DNA of 64,000 nt, from assembly GCA_048882485.1 (NCBI GenBank), contig JBHLRP010000001.1, forward strand, positions 256,001-320,000. Direction: 5' to 3'. Below the pieces are notes generated by a model, which worked only from the letters and a program-made list of their open reading frames with translations, was not told where the DNA came from and searched no databases. The DNA is from Candidatus Thorarchaeota archaeon (GTDB taxonomy: Archaea; Asgardarchaeota; Thorarchaeia; Thorarchaeales; Thorarchaeaceae). Positions within the stretch are counted from its first letter, which is position 1. Each line of letters begins with the position of its first letter. The position numbers were made by a program, and so were the translations under genes. Below are positions 29,901-39,092 of this stretch, piece by piece.

Positions 29901-30088
29901 ATAAGGTGGAACTCCAGGGAAATATGCTATCGAGGATTGATTTGACTCCACTCAAGACATCCAAATTCATAGAAGTATATGCTGATTTGAAGACAAAGCT
30001 TCTATGTGACGGTCAGGAATTTCGGGGTGAAATATGTGAGTGGGGTACTTACAAGTTCGTCAAATTAGGAAAGTCCGTCAACCATTAA
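26954..30088 (+). CDS. large HEAT-like plus leucine-rich-repeat protein
   Basis: HEAT/PBS-like motifs (ALGELGG.RA; LLHDEDENVRFAA) and C-terminal 22-aa LRRs (LDLGYNQIEVIDLRPI; LRLHNNILRKVDFTPL; LHLNNNHIRKIDLAPL). Confidence 0.8.
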   Translation: MDTGQKGMHEELTRSIRDYDSASIRDIVENLTKSEGWAKVFQYLRQELIEVFSDRWFGLNLIILEIFEMPELIGYDGDFIQILEDAPDTKRFQDLEKWITDSFIDAVSTNIINNGPTIFYDLERMQTSRTAKSVDSILKRRREEFAAGVSIFNEIKYKSDSGDIWEPLYTTAYGFQLLDSLAEQNIWGEKYITKVTDSLNEICRNLEIILDDVTDIDSVVISDRMKTLADALSDLKTGDPGPGAAVWTSGYVSPYQMFEDELFIHWIMDFGPIDKSIDALGELGGTRASNLLLSLLSGELGDKLESHIKDSQYAEPWWMGETHERILKALQEINIESDVSILLSFIDGLSWRTDVDADPYVYGSSLKAFSLAIDMVPESYKDKIRPKLREFLGAISWEWPNWAHRGSIGGWAAQKLVELFGVGAVDSLVPCILWDHPKFDARNLSQSPDPRIIEPLISLGSPAIPKILESTNKYLKDFPYYERRFLEQVELIITKIWDSDISKAPGSDASEFADFFFSSIPDIIPLIGEAMAKTLGIQNAKLGTLAICGLIAKSETRSDRDYEDWYGDWVVNPVQWAKHLGFAFDRQAIIEGINHESQLVQLGSIFLLPEGDLSKSGPEVLQSLVVAFLDVLKKEDTRSANYPFVSVVDSLAESICKLLVKIDLSQLETLLHDEDENVRFAANIIVGKLPYVHQGASALKKAGLTGFAHFFTMNLTNDLNRWFDYLDEIDFWRLSSIRKNQTIAKHLPFLGQSEVIDFDRIADLLRKSKMPWKIIHAIRDYPGILENPSIFEALEILKPYILEKLQTRREYLVEEILAPLLQIDLFMEDEVIVNKAKWLESRTDSDILAQLQESISIYTSEKPPVGEYGQITICSQSGFENALRSTRIKELHSIGLRKIKLDGISVLKNLKALDLGYNQIEVIDLRPIRGMPKLESLRLHNNILRKVDFTPLADCPGLRYLHLNNNHIRKIDLAPLTYTPKLNKVELQGNMLSRIDLTPLKTSKFIEVYADLKTKLLCDGQEFRGEICEWGTYKFVKLGKSVNH

Positions 30089-30567
30089 TCTCGAGTCCTT
30101 TTCCATGTTCCAAGTAGGTACTTCAGTTGGCCGAAGTGTTCAGTTTCATGTGAGAAATTGAGGAGATACTTAGCGACAGCCAATGCACGGTCCACCTCTC
30201 GAACTGAATCACGTCCTGCAATCATATCATCGAGAAATCCCATTGACACTTCTTGAGTCTGCTTCAGGAGTTCAATCGCTTCTGATATTCCCAACAACTC
30301 ATCTTTTGTGAATTCATATGCCTCGACCCCAGGTTTGTATATTGCAACTTTCTCTGGAGTAATGAACTGAGGGAATTTGAATCCGGGTATCTTATCTGTG
30401 ACCATTAATTTCTCAAAAGCAGAGATATGCGGCAGAATCCATGCAGCTGCGTTTGATTTGGATGTTGGCTGATAGAAGTAACTTCCATCATCGAATTTGC
30501 CCAGATATGCAATCAAGCTCTCTCGAAGTCTCGTATACATTGATTTGACTAATTCCAAATCGTTCAT
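30085..30567 (-). CDS. DinB-like protein
   Basis: 'N...WI..HI', 'HE.EH.GQL' DinB metal triad. Confidence 0.8.
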   Translation of the reverse strand: MNDLELVKSMYTRLRESLIAYLGKFDDGSYFYQPTSKSNAAAWILPHISAFEKLMVTDKIPGFKFPQFITPEKVAIYKPGVEAYEFTKDELLGISEAIELLKQTQEVSMGFLDDMIAGRDSVREVDRALAVAKYLLNFSHETEHFGQLKYLLGTWKRTRD

Positions 30568-30648
30568 AGTTGCTGCACAATCAATATCCCAGATATATCT
30601 GTAGGATTTCTGGAAACACACTTAGGGGGCTCTGCAACCTTAGAATCC

Positions 30649-32505
30649 ATGACCTCACTGCAATCCCATTTCCGGAAGTTCTTGGCTGTTGAAGCAGCTG
30701 GAGGTGCAAGTTGGCATCCAGATGGCTCTAGCATTGCGTTTATCTATGATGCCCCTGGCGTGTTCCAGATTTACACTGTACCTATTGAGAAGAACAGAAC
30801 CATTTGGCCAACAAGAATTTCCTTTGAGAATGATCGCTGCACAAATCCAAAGTACTTGAGTGATTGCACATTGCTCTTCACAATGGACAAAGGCGGCGAT
30901 GAGAATTTCCAAATTGCCAAGATTGACTCAGATATGGCTCTTGAATGGATCACGTCTGATTCAGCTGCTAAACACATCATTAACCGTGTATCAAATAGTA
31001 GCTACTTCTTCATCGCCAATATCGAGGATAAAGCTCGGTTCGACATCTACCATCATAGGCTTCCTATAGATAGAACTCGACCTGAAATCGTATTTAAGCC
31101 CGAAGAGGGATTATGCCAAGTAGGCACTGTTTCTACCAACGAGAAGCACGCAATTATAGAGCAATACTTCGGTAACAACAATGTGAATCTTCTCTATCTT
31201 GACATTGCTGGTCGCGAAGCCAAAAACCTGACGAAATCCTTGGGAGAGTCCCGAACGAATCGGTGGGAGGCTATTCGATGGATAGACAAGGACCATATTC
31301 TTGTTGCTACCGACTATGACCATGATATGATGCGCCTGAGTGTTCTATCCCTCTCAGGTGATTTTCTTCCCTTGAATGAAATTGAAGCCTCAGTGAAACA
31401 TGAGTTCGACTATGCAGCCTATTCTCCCGAATCAACTCATACCTATTTCATTCTGAATGAGGGAGGTTTCTCCAGCCTCTGGCGAGGCACATTTGCGGCT
31501 GATGGCGTTCGAGGGCTGGATAGGATTGAATTGCCAACAGGAGCAGTTATTGTGCGTGGTGACTCACGATCCTTTCAGGACTCCTTGAGTCTTTCACCGA
31601 ATCATGAGCTTATGGCTATGACAATGAGCACTGCGACTTCGCCTACCAATATCTGGATTCTTGATCTTGATGACCATTCATCATGGAAGGCTACGGACGT
31701 CGGAACTGCAGGTCTCAACCCATCTTCATTTGTTAATGCCTCCCTTCATAACTTTCTTAGCTTTGATAGTTTGCCCATCTCCTATTTCCGATATATTCCA
31801 AAAGGCGACATGCCTGAGAAAGGGTGGCCCGCCATTCTTATGATACATGGAGGTCCTGAGGCTCAGATTCTCCCCAGCTTTCAAGAGATAATTCAGTTCT
31901 TTCTATCCGCAGGGTTCGCAATATTTGCACCCAATATTCGTGGAAGCGCGGGCTATGGACGGGCGTATATGGACATGGATAATGTGGAGAAGCGCCTGGA
32001 TTCTATAACGGACATCAAGCATCTTGCATTACACATCAAGGCTAATGAGAAGAACATTGATGGAAACCGCCTAGTCATTTATGGTGGTAGCTATGGGGGT
32101 TTTGCTGTTTTGTCGGCAATGACAGAACATCCAGATTTGTGGCAAGCTGGAGTTGATATTGTTGGGATTTCCAACTTCGTTACATTTCTTGAGAATACAG
32201 CGCCTTGGCGCAGAGCGCTCAGAGAGTCTGAATATGGTAGCCTAGAAAATGACCTTGAAGTCCTCAAGATGATTAGCCCAATTCACAAGATTGAGAACAT
32301 TACAGCTCCGCTCTTCATCATTCAAGGTGACAACGATGAGAGAGTCCCTCTCTCTGAGTCCGTTCAGATGTATGAGAAGCTTAAGGAGAAGGGTCTTGAA
32401 GTTGAGCTAATGCGCTTTGCTGATGAAGGACATGGTCTTGCAAAACTGGAGAATAGGATCAAGGCATACTCGCGCGTAGTCGAATGGCTCAAGAAAATCG
32501 TGTAG
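30649..32505 (+). CDS. S9 family peptidase (prolyl oligopeptidase/acylaminoacyl peptidase)
   Basis: Beta-propeller N-terminus, HGGP, GGSYGG, 'DERVP', 'DEGHG'. Confidence 0.93.
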   Translation: MTSLQSHFRKFLAVEAAGGASWHPDGSSIAFIYDAPGVFQIYTVPIEKNRTIWPTRISFENDRCTNPKYLSDCTLLFTMDKGGDENFQIAKIDSDMALEWITSDSAAKHIINRVSNSSYFFIANIEDKARFDIYHHRLPIDRTRPEIVFKPEEGLCQVGTVSTNEKHAIIEQYFGNNNVNLLYLDIAGREAKNLTKSLGESRTNRWEAIRWIDKDHILVATDYDHDMMRLSVLSLSGDFLPLNEIEASVKHEFDYAAYSPESTHTYFILNEGGFSSLWRGTFAADGVRGLDRIELPTGAVIVRGDSRSFQDSLSLSPNHELMAMTMSTATSPTNIWILDLDDHSSWKATDVGTAGLNPSSFVNASLHNFLSFDSLPISYFRYIPKGDMPEKGWPAILMIHGGPEAQILPSFQEIIQFFLSAGFAIFAPNIRGSAGYGRAYMDMDNVEKRLDSITDIKHLALHIKANEKNIDGNRLVIYGGSYGGFAVLSAMTEHPDLWQAGVDIVGISNFVTFLENTAPWRRALRESEYGSLENDLEVLKMISPIHKIENITAPLFIIQGDNDERVPLSESVQMYEKLKEKGLEVELMRFADEGHGLAKLENRIKAYSRVVEWLKKIV

Positions 32506-32600
32506 CAACTTTAATCGTAATCAGAGTCAGAGACAAATAGGAATCGCTGTAATCGAAATCTTTACCTTCACAAAATGCGCGTTGCTGGATTGATGCCATC

Positions 32601-32702
32601 ATGGTAACTGTTAGAAGGCTGATACTGAAGGCCGCACTCCTAGTTATTGCAATTATCCTCTTCATACTATTTCTCTATTTACAGATGTTTCCTATGTCGT
32701 AG
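32601..32702 (+). CDS. unannotated single-TM microprotein (33 aa)
   Basis: MVTVRRLILKAALLVIAIILFILFLYLQMFPMS*: basic N-terminus plus a ~17-aa hydrophobic run in an otherwise empty intergenic region. Confidence 0.5.
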   Translation: MVTVRRLILKAALLVIAIILFILFLYLQMFPMS

Positions 32703-32740
32703 AACTATTAAGCAAATCCCACTCGGGCGTTCATAGTTGA

Positions 32741-34528
32741 TTGATAATGGTTATAGCGGAGATGGTTTGGGACTTATCACAGCTTGTCGAATTCGACGAC
32801 CCTGCATATATCTCTGAACGACTGACTGCAATGGTGAGATGGGCAGAAGGATATCGCGACCAACATCGAGGCAAGATTGAGGACTATGACGCACAGCAGG
32901 TCTTTGACATGATTGCGCAGTATGATGGGGAATTCATCGAGTTCGATGGCCCCAATCAATACGCATTGCTTCGTTATCAAGCTGACGTGACAGATGAGGT
33001 GGCACAGAAGCTGTTTGAGAAAGTGAGGCAATCATTAATGCTTGTGAGTCAAGCATTTGCTTTCTTTGAATTGGAGCTCGGCAAATTGCTCTCAAAGAAG
33101 CCAGAGATAATTGAGGCTCCTGAATTGTCTGAATACAGGCATCAGCTGGAGAAGATGAAGCGTAGGAACCCACACCTATTACCTGAAGAGCAGGAGCAGC
33201 TAATCATTGTGAAAGACCAAAATGGGATAAAGGCATGGGAGAAGCTCTTCAGTGACTGGCTAGCCACACGTACCTTCGAGATTGAGATTGATGGTGCAAA
33301 GAAGACCATGCCCTATGGCGAGATTATTGGGCTCTACCAGAATCCTGATAGAGACCTGCGCAAGCGAGCGAATCAGGTGGTGTATGAAACTCTCAGCAAG
33401 GACACGACCTTATGGTCTTCTGCATTTTTGTCAGTTTTCAAGGATCATCATCAAATGACCAAGCTTCGAAAATGGAGCACCCCAATGACACAGAGCTTGA
33501 TTGCAAACGACGTGGATGAAGAAACCATAGAGGCATTGTTGACAACTATGGAGAAGAATGTGGATGTTCTTCAGAGGTACCTGCGACTTAAGGCGAAAGT
33601 TATGGGTCTTGACAAGCTTGGCAATTGGGATATCACTGCTCCATTACCCAATTCTCCTGACAAGAAATACATGTGGTCAGAATCACGCAAGCTCATAGTG
33701 GACGCTTACAAGGACTTTGATGAAGAGAGCGGCAAATGGATGGATGAGATGTATGAACGTCGTCACATCGATGCTGCGGTAAGAAAGGGCAAGACTTCTG
33801 GAGCTTTTTGTGCGACATGGCATGCTGGAAAGAGCGCATACATCCTTCAGAGCTTCAATGGAATCATGAGTGATGTCTATACATCAGCTCATGAATTGGG
33901 CCATGCACTCCATGCCTACCTTGGAACACGCGCTCAGAAAATGTCGAACTATGAGATAGGAAGCTGCATAGCTGAAACCGGTTCCATATTTGGAGAGCTC
34001 CTACTGACAGAGAAGATGCTTGCTGATGCAAAGACCAAAGAGGAGAAGCAGGCTATTCTGTCCATCATTCTTGATGAGTTCGGAGAATCCGGCTTTCAGG
34101 TGTCTGCAAGAGTGTTCTTCGAAACCAGCATCTATGATGCTCTGGAGGACGGGAAGTTCTTGGATGCAGAGAAAATATCGGATCTCTGGGTTGCTGCCCG
34201 CGACAAGATCTATGGCGATGCCATTGAGTGGCTACCAATCATGCGGTATTGGTGGACAATGAAGATGCACTTCTATATGCCCAACTATCGATACTACAAC
34301 TATCCGTACGTCTATGCTCAGCTCTTCGTCTTCGCCATGTACAGGCTTTATAAGGAGCAAGGCAAAGACTTCGTGCCCAAACTTAAGGCACTGCTATCTG
34401 CCGGGTCAAGCAGGTCTCCTCGAGACCTAGCAGCTGAAATCGGCTTTGACATAACCAAGGAGGAGTTCTGGCAAAAGGGCATTGACCAGTACTCAGAATT
34501 CATCAAGATGTTTGAGGACACTCTATGA
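32741..34528 (+). CDS. pepF: oligoendopeptidase F, M3B family
   Basis: 'WDLS', 'GK.SGAFC', HELGHALH, 'AETGS.FGE', 'YYNYPY'. Confidence 0.92.
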   Translation: MIMVIAEMVWDLSQLVEFDDPAYISERLTAMVRWAEGYRDQHRGKIEDYDAQQVFDMIAQYDGEFIEFDGPNQYALLRYQADVTDEVAQKLFEKVRQSLMLVSQAFAFFELELGKLLSKKPEIIEAPELSEYRHQLEKMKRRNPHLLPEEQEQLIIVKDQNGIKAWEKLFSDWLATRTFEIEIDGAKKTMPYGEIIGLYQNPDRDLRKRANQVVYETLSKDTTLWSSAFLSVFKDHHQMTKLRKWSTPMTQSLIANDVDEETIEALLTTMEKNVDVLQRYLRLKAKVMGLDKLGNWDITAPLPNSPDKKYMWSESRKLIVDAYKDFDEESGKWMDEMYERRHIDAAVRKGKTSGAFCATWHAGKSAYILQSFNGIMSDVYTSAHELGHALHAYLGTRAQKMSNYEIGSCIAETGSIFGELLLTEKMLADAKTKEEKQAILSIILDEFGESGFQVSARVFFETSIYDALEDGKFLDAEKISDLWVAARDKIYGDAIEWLPIMRYWWTMKMHFYMPNYRYYNYPYVYAQLFVFAMYRLYKEQGKDFVPKLKALLSAGSSRSPRDLAAEIGFDITKEEFWQKGIDQYSEFIKMFEDTL

Positions 34529-34583
34529 GATGTGGAGAGAGGATATTCCCTTCGCTCCATCAAGAAATCAATGGTGCGATAGT

Positions 34584-35321
34584 ATGATTGTAGAACACAT
34601 TGACGTCGGCCATGGTTTGACAAACTCCTATCTTGTCATTTGTGAATCAACTTCTGAAGCAATGATAGTTGACCCCTATTTCTTGGAAGAAGAAGGGAAG
34701 GCGGTTCTTGAGAGCATTCATTCACGTTCATTGAAGCTTCGCTATATTTTCAATACGCATGGCCATCCAGATCACATGAGCGGAAATGGCTGGTTAAAGA
34801 GAGCAACTGGTGCAGAGATTTTGATTCATGAGAATGAAGCTGACGATATTCTTACCCCTTGGAGTGCCTGGCGTGTTATATCAGGTGTTCCACGTGAATG
34901 CCCTTTGTGCAAGAGAATGACTGAGCGAATCTTAGACATTAATGAGGATGAAAGCAAAGCATCATTGAATTGCCAGTTCTGTGGCCCCATTATCACTGCA
35001 CAAGCATCTCCTCCAGCTGACATTCTCCTAATCGATGGTGACACAATCGATGTTGGAAATACAACCTTCAAAGTAATCCACACTCCCGGACACACTGATG
35101 GTGGAGTTTCACTCTATTCGGAAACTGAGAGTCTTGTCTTCACAGGAGACACATTGCTTGCGGGGGCTTTTGGGGGCACTTCCTCTCCTTCATCATCTGA
35201 TGAAGAGTTCAGAATATCTCTGAAGAGATTAATGGAATTGCCAGACACCACTGTAGTAAAGCCAGGACACGGACCGCCAACTACTATCGGAAAAGAACGG
35301 AAAGATAATCCTCATATATAG
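34584..35321 (+). CDS. metallo-beta-lactamase-fold hydrolase (glyoxalase II-like) with zinc-ribbon insert
   Basis: THGHPDH, HTPGHT, FTGD, PGHG; inserted CPLC...CQFC. Confidence 0.88.
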   Translation: MIVEHIDVGHGLTNSYLVICESTSEAMIVDPYFLEEEGKAVLESIHSRSLKLRYIFNTHGHPDHMSGNGWLKRATGAEILIHENEADDILTPWSAWRVISGVPRECPLCKRMTERILDINEDESKASLNCQFCGPIITAQASPPADILLIDGDTIDVGNTTFKVIHTPGHTDGGVSLYSETESLVFTGDTLLAGAFGGTSSPSSSDEEFRISLKRLMELPDTTVVKPGHGPPTTIGKERKDNPHI

Positions 35322-35362
35322 ACTCCGAATTCCGCTGCAGAATTACTTTGAGCGTGTTTTCG

Positions 35363-36358
35363 CTAAATGTAGTAATCTGGTGGCTTGTCATCCAGACTCC
35401 GAAGAAGCGCCGCTGCAAGCGCGTAGAGCCAAATCTCATCTCTTGAAACTCGCTGCATCTCATTAAAAGGATCTATTTTGACTTCACTTCCGCCAGCCAA
35501 GTAGATACTCTGAGCTTGTCTGTAGACTGACCTGACAAGCTTCGTCTGTGATTTTATGTCTGATAAGTCGAGTTCAACTGCTTTCCCATAGGCCTCCGCA
35601 GCTTCGCCGTGTCTGTCCATCAAATCGTATATATCTCCGAGAAGTATCCATTTCTCATTGCTCTTGGGCCTTTTCTCAAGCTCATCGGTCAACTCTACTG
35701 CTCTCTGTTCAAGTGCGTCACCGTGACTCTCACGCAATTCCTCTCTCTTCTTTGTTACTTCTGGAGGGTCTCTCGAAAGAACGATGAGTAGGATGATTGT
35801 GTAGTCATGTGGAATGAGATTCCTGCTGTCTTCTGCTTCAAGAATTTGGATGAATTCGTCCATAAGTGAAGGATCTAGACTCCGAGCCTTCCTATGTGCG
35901 TTTCTAGCATCTCTGAGAGACCCACCCAAGAAAAGGGCATCTCCAAATAGCTTCCAAGCAGAAGCGTTTTCTGTATGAAGGCTTGTTGCCCTCTCAAACA
36001 TTGATATTGCGTTATGCATCCTCCCCTGAGAAAGCTTCGTAACCCCCTCTCGGATATGATCCATTGCTTTGGCTTCATTCCTGATGCGGACCAATTCCGC
36101 CCTCTTTTCCAGGCTTTCATCTTTGTAAGAGCTATCAAGCTTCATTGCCTTCTGGTAGGCTTCATCGGCTTCATCATACTGGGTTTTCTGAAGGAGGCAG
36201 TCCCCAAGACATTTCCAAGCCTCTGCAAAATTGGGATCAGTGTCTACTGCCTTTCTAAAGGAGCTCTCTGCCTTATGGAGTTCCATTCTAGCAAGCATTG
36301 CTTTGCCCATGCCAACCCATTCTCTGGCAATATCTCTCGGTTTCCTGGTCATCCCCAT
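35363..36358 (-). CDS. tetratricopeptide repeat protein
   Basis: Repeated 'A...DP..A.AW..LG' TPR units. Confidence 0.85.
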   Translation of the reverse strand: MGMTRKPRDIAREWVGMGKAMLARMELHKAESSFRKAVDTDPNFAEAWKCLGDCLLQKTQYDEADEAYQKAMKLDSSYKDESLEKRAELVRIRNEAKAMDHIREGVTKLSQGRMHNAISMFERATSLHTENASAWKLFGDALFLGGSLRDARNAHRKARSLDPSLMDEFIQILEAEDSRNLIPHDYTIILLIVLSRDPPEVTKKREELRESHGDALEQRAVELTDELEKRPKSNEKWILLGDIYDLMDRHGEAAEAYGKAVELDLSDIKSQTKLVRSVYRQAQSIYLAGGSEVKIDPFNEMQRVSRDEIWLYALAAALLRSLDDKPPDYYI

Positions 36359-36414
36359 TCCTCCTCTTCTAGGAATATAGCAAAGAGATGGTAGCGCATA
36401 TTAAGCTTAACCAT

Positions 36415-37443
36415 TTACTCCATCAGGATTCTCTGGGTATTCCTTGGAACGGGCAGATCCTTCATAGTGTGTAGCCCTGGGGCTGCTCTGACTACAATGG
36501 GAATCATATTTACAGCCATTGCTGCTGTGCCGTAGTCGCCCATTACTCCACCTTCAATCCTAGAGGTAAGATTGGGAAAGCCCTCGATCTTGACTTCATC
36601 ATATTCAGGAGACGCACCTGCATGGGCAATGAAATCCAATGTAATGATGGTCTGATTTTTCTTGGTTCCAACTCCCCTGCTCCTGAGCCCAAGTACCTTC
36701 CCGACCTCGACTTTTGCAAATGAGGTATCTATCTCCTCCTCTGCAATGACTGCTTCTGGCGGTAGCTCCTCAAAGTGATCGAGATTCAAACCTAGGGCAT
36801 CATCAATCAGACGCATGGACTCTACCAATCCAACATGGCCCGTGATTCTACCGCTTTCAATTGCCTCAGTGAACTCATTGACAGACATCGATGTTCCAAC
36901 CTTCTTTTGGAATGAAGCCCTTCTTCTGGCAGAATCGATGACTCTGGTTACTTGAATTCTGACAACTGACTGACAAGGGGCTGTCAAGACTATTGGCAGT
37001 AGGTCCATCAGATATCCTGGGTTGATTCCAGTCCCCAAAACTGACTTCCCTACTTCACGTGCCGCTTTGTCAATCTCTTTTGATAGTGCTGGATATCTAG
37101 CATAAGGATACGAGAGTTCCTCGCAGATCGATACCACATGCATTCCTGCCTCCAGACAACGGATGATTGTTGGCTTCACCTCTTCTACCGACGAGGAAGT
37201 TAGAACCAAAGCGACATCAATAGGTTCTTGTATTTCCTCAAAGGCTGCATCAATTGTCGGGTAAACTTTGGCAGTCGTGCCTGTCGGTTGAGTGAGAAAA
37301 TCTGCTACTGGCTTTCTGCTCAATTCAGGGTCGACATCAACCACCGCAACAAGTTTCAGATTCCTACGCGCAATGGCAGTTTCAGCAATTGGTCTTCCTA
37401 TAGTGCCAAATCCAACTTGAAGCACAGTGAATGGTTTTGTCAT
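36415..37443 (-). CDS. 2,4-diaminopentanoate dehydrogenase (Ord)/DapB-like NAD(P)-dependent amine dehydrogenase
   Basis: GFGTIG Rossmann motif, 'CEELSYP', 'GTGINPG', 'FQKKVG', 'GHVG..ES'. Confidence 0.82.
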   Translation of the reverse strand: MTKPFTVLQVGFGTIGRPIAETAIARRNLKLVAVVDVDPELSRKPVADFLTQPTGTTAKVYPTIDAAFEEIQEPIDVALVLTSSSVEEVKPTIIRCLEAGMHVVSICEELSYPYARYPALSKEIDKAAREVGKSVLGTGINPGYLMDLLPIVLTAPCQSVVRIQVTRVIDSARRRASFQKKVGTSMSVNEFTEAIESGRITGHVGLVESMRLIDDALGLNLDHFEELPPEAVIAEEEIDTSFAKVEVGKVLGLRSRGVGTKKNQTIITLDFIAHAGASPEYDEVKIEGFPNLTSRIEGGVMGDYGTAAMAVNMIPIVVRAAPGLHTMKDLPVPRNTQRILME

Positions 37444-37538
37444 GGCGTCGTTTCAAAATCAACTGCTGTATAACCTTTTGGGGAGAGAGATTGATGTCCA
37501 TGGAAAGAGCCTTTTGAGGGATGTGCTTGACTAAGTTC

Positions 37539-38732
37539 ATGTTTCAGGTTCGAGAAGCAACAGAGGATGATAAGGAAGGTGCCCTTCGTGTTCTCTGGAA
37601 AGCGTTTGAAGGATTTCGCGATTTTGATGAAATGAAGAAGGATGACTGGACCCAATACTGGAATCGGCCCGAGGATGAGGATTGGGCTTATGTGGCAGTG
37701 GAGGATGGTCAGGTTCGTGCATGTCTTTCTTTCTTTGCGAGCGAGAGCAATGCCATCCGAGGAGTTCCTTTGCGATTTGGGGGAGTATGGGGTGTGGGAA
37801 CCGAGCCACACTATCGAAAGCAAGGAATGATTGCAGCATTAGTCCGCGAGTCATTCAACCGAATGGCGAAGGAGGGGATCGTGCTTTCAATTCTCGATCC
37901 CTTCTTCCCACCATTTTACGAGAAATTTGGGTATGCACAGGCTGAGTCTCGAGTTGTACACAAATTCAAACACGATAATCTTCGAGAGGTGAAGGGTTCT
38001 GAGCAGATATCAACACGAGTCCTTGAAGATACAGCTGAAGCTCCAAAAGCACTGAAGCTTCAAGAGTCAATGGCGAGATTTGGCTCGCGAGTCTTCTTCC
38101 TTCAGAAGTCACTGGAGAATCTGATTAAGAAGAATCATTATCACATATTGGAGCGGGATGGGAATCCTGTCGGGGCGATTAAGTTTTGGTTCAAAAAAGT
38201 AAGTGATTGGGAATTCAATCTCGACATCTCAGCTACATCCTTCATCTCTATGGATGTACTGCCATCAATTGTGGAGCTTGTCTCTAAATATTCAGTTAAT
38301 GCAAAAGAGGTCAAATGGTACTGTGATCCTGAGATTCCCATTGCGTACTTCATGAAAGACCCCGAGGACGCACCTGTAGCCTCTTCTGGGAGAATGATGA
38401 TGCGTGTCATTGATTTTGAGGGTTATTGCTCAAGCATTAAGGTCCCGTCGCGCGCCAAAGATTCGATTGTGGTTAAGCTAGTAGACCGAGATTGTGAATG
38501 GAATACTGGAGTCTATCTTCTAAACCCCGATAATGGAAAGCTCGATGTCGAGAGAGTTGCCTCAACCCCAGATGTTGTTCTCAATGATATTCAACTCTCA
38601 CGAGTCATCTCTGGACGTACTCGGGCAATAGTACTGAGAGGCCTGGGTGGAATTGAATGTTCAAAGGAATCTGCAATGAAGCTAGATTCGATTTTCCCCG
38701 AGGAATCATTCGTTTCGTACCAGAGGTTCTAG
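37539..38732 (+). CDS. Eis-like GNAT acetyltransferase with SCP2-like C-terminal domain
   Basis: 'V.T.P.YRKQG', 'FYEKFGY', 'M.RVID', 'D..C.WN.G'. Confidence 0.88.
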   Translation: MFQVREATEDDKEGALRVLWKAFEGFRDFDEMKKDDWTQYWNRPEDEDWAYVAVEDGQVRACLSFFASESNAIRGVPLRFGGVWGVGTEPHYRKQGMIAALVRESFNRMAKEGIVLSILDPFFPPFYEKFGYAQAESRVVHKFKHDNLREVKGSEQISTRVLEDTAEAPKALKLQESMARFGSRVFFLQKSLENLIKKNHYHILERDGNPVGAIKFWFKKVSDWEFNLDISATSFISMDVLPSIVELVSKYSVNAKEVKWYCDPEIPIAYFMKDPEDAPVASSGRMMMRVIDFEGYCSSIKVPSRAKDSIVVKLVDRDCEWNTGVYLLNPDNGKLDVERVASTPDVVLNDIQLSRVISGRTRAIVLRGLGGIECSKESAMKLDSIFPEESFVSYQRF

Positions 38733-38738
38733 GATGTG

Positions 38739-38963
38739 CTATTCCCTAAATGATATACACCCATTAGGACACTCCTCAATGCAATTTCCACACTCTTTGC
38801 AGTACATGACATGGGCTACCTGTGGCTTCTCATCAAGCTTCTCGTAGACACCATATCGGCAAACCTTGACGCAGGTCCCACAACCATCACAGCATTCTTC
38901 GTCAATAACCGTAGGAATTACATTCCACCTGCAGAGTTTTGCTGAATCATTTTGCGAGTCCAT
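38739..38963 (-). CDS. 2x[4Fe-4S] ferredoxin
   Basis: CDGCGTCVKVC and CKECGNCIEECP; true start may lie near 38921. Confidence 0.88.
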   Translation of the reverse strand: MDSQNDSAKLCRWNVIPTVIDEECCDGCGTCVKVCRYGVYEKLDEKPQVAHVMYCKECGNCIEECPNGCISFRE

Positions 38964-39092
38964 ATGAATGCTGGTTTAGTGACATATTGCCCCGAACTTG
39001 TAGAATATCTTGGACTAGGTAGAACTATTAGCCACATAAGCAAGTGACTCTAGGCCTTTGGTCCTAGCTATATCGGACGGAGAGGTGTCCCA

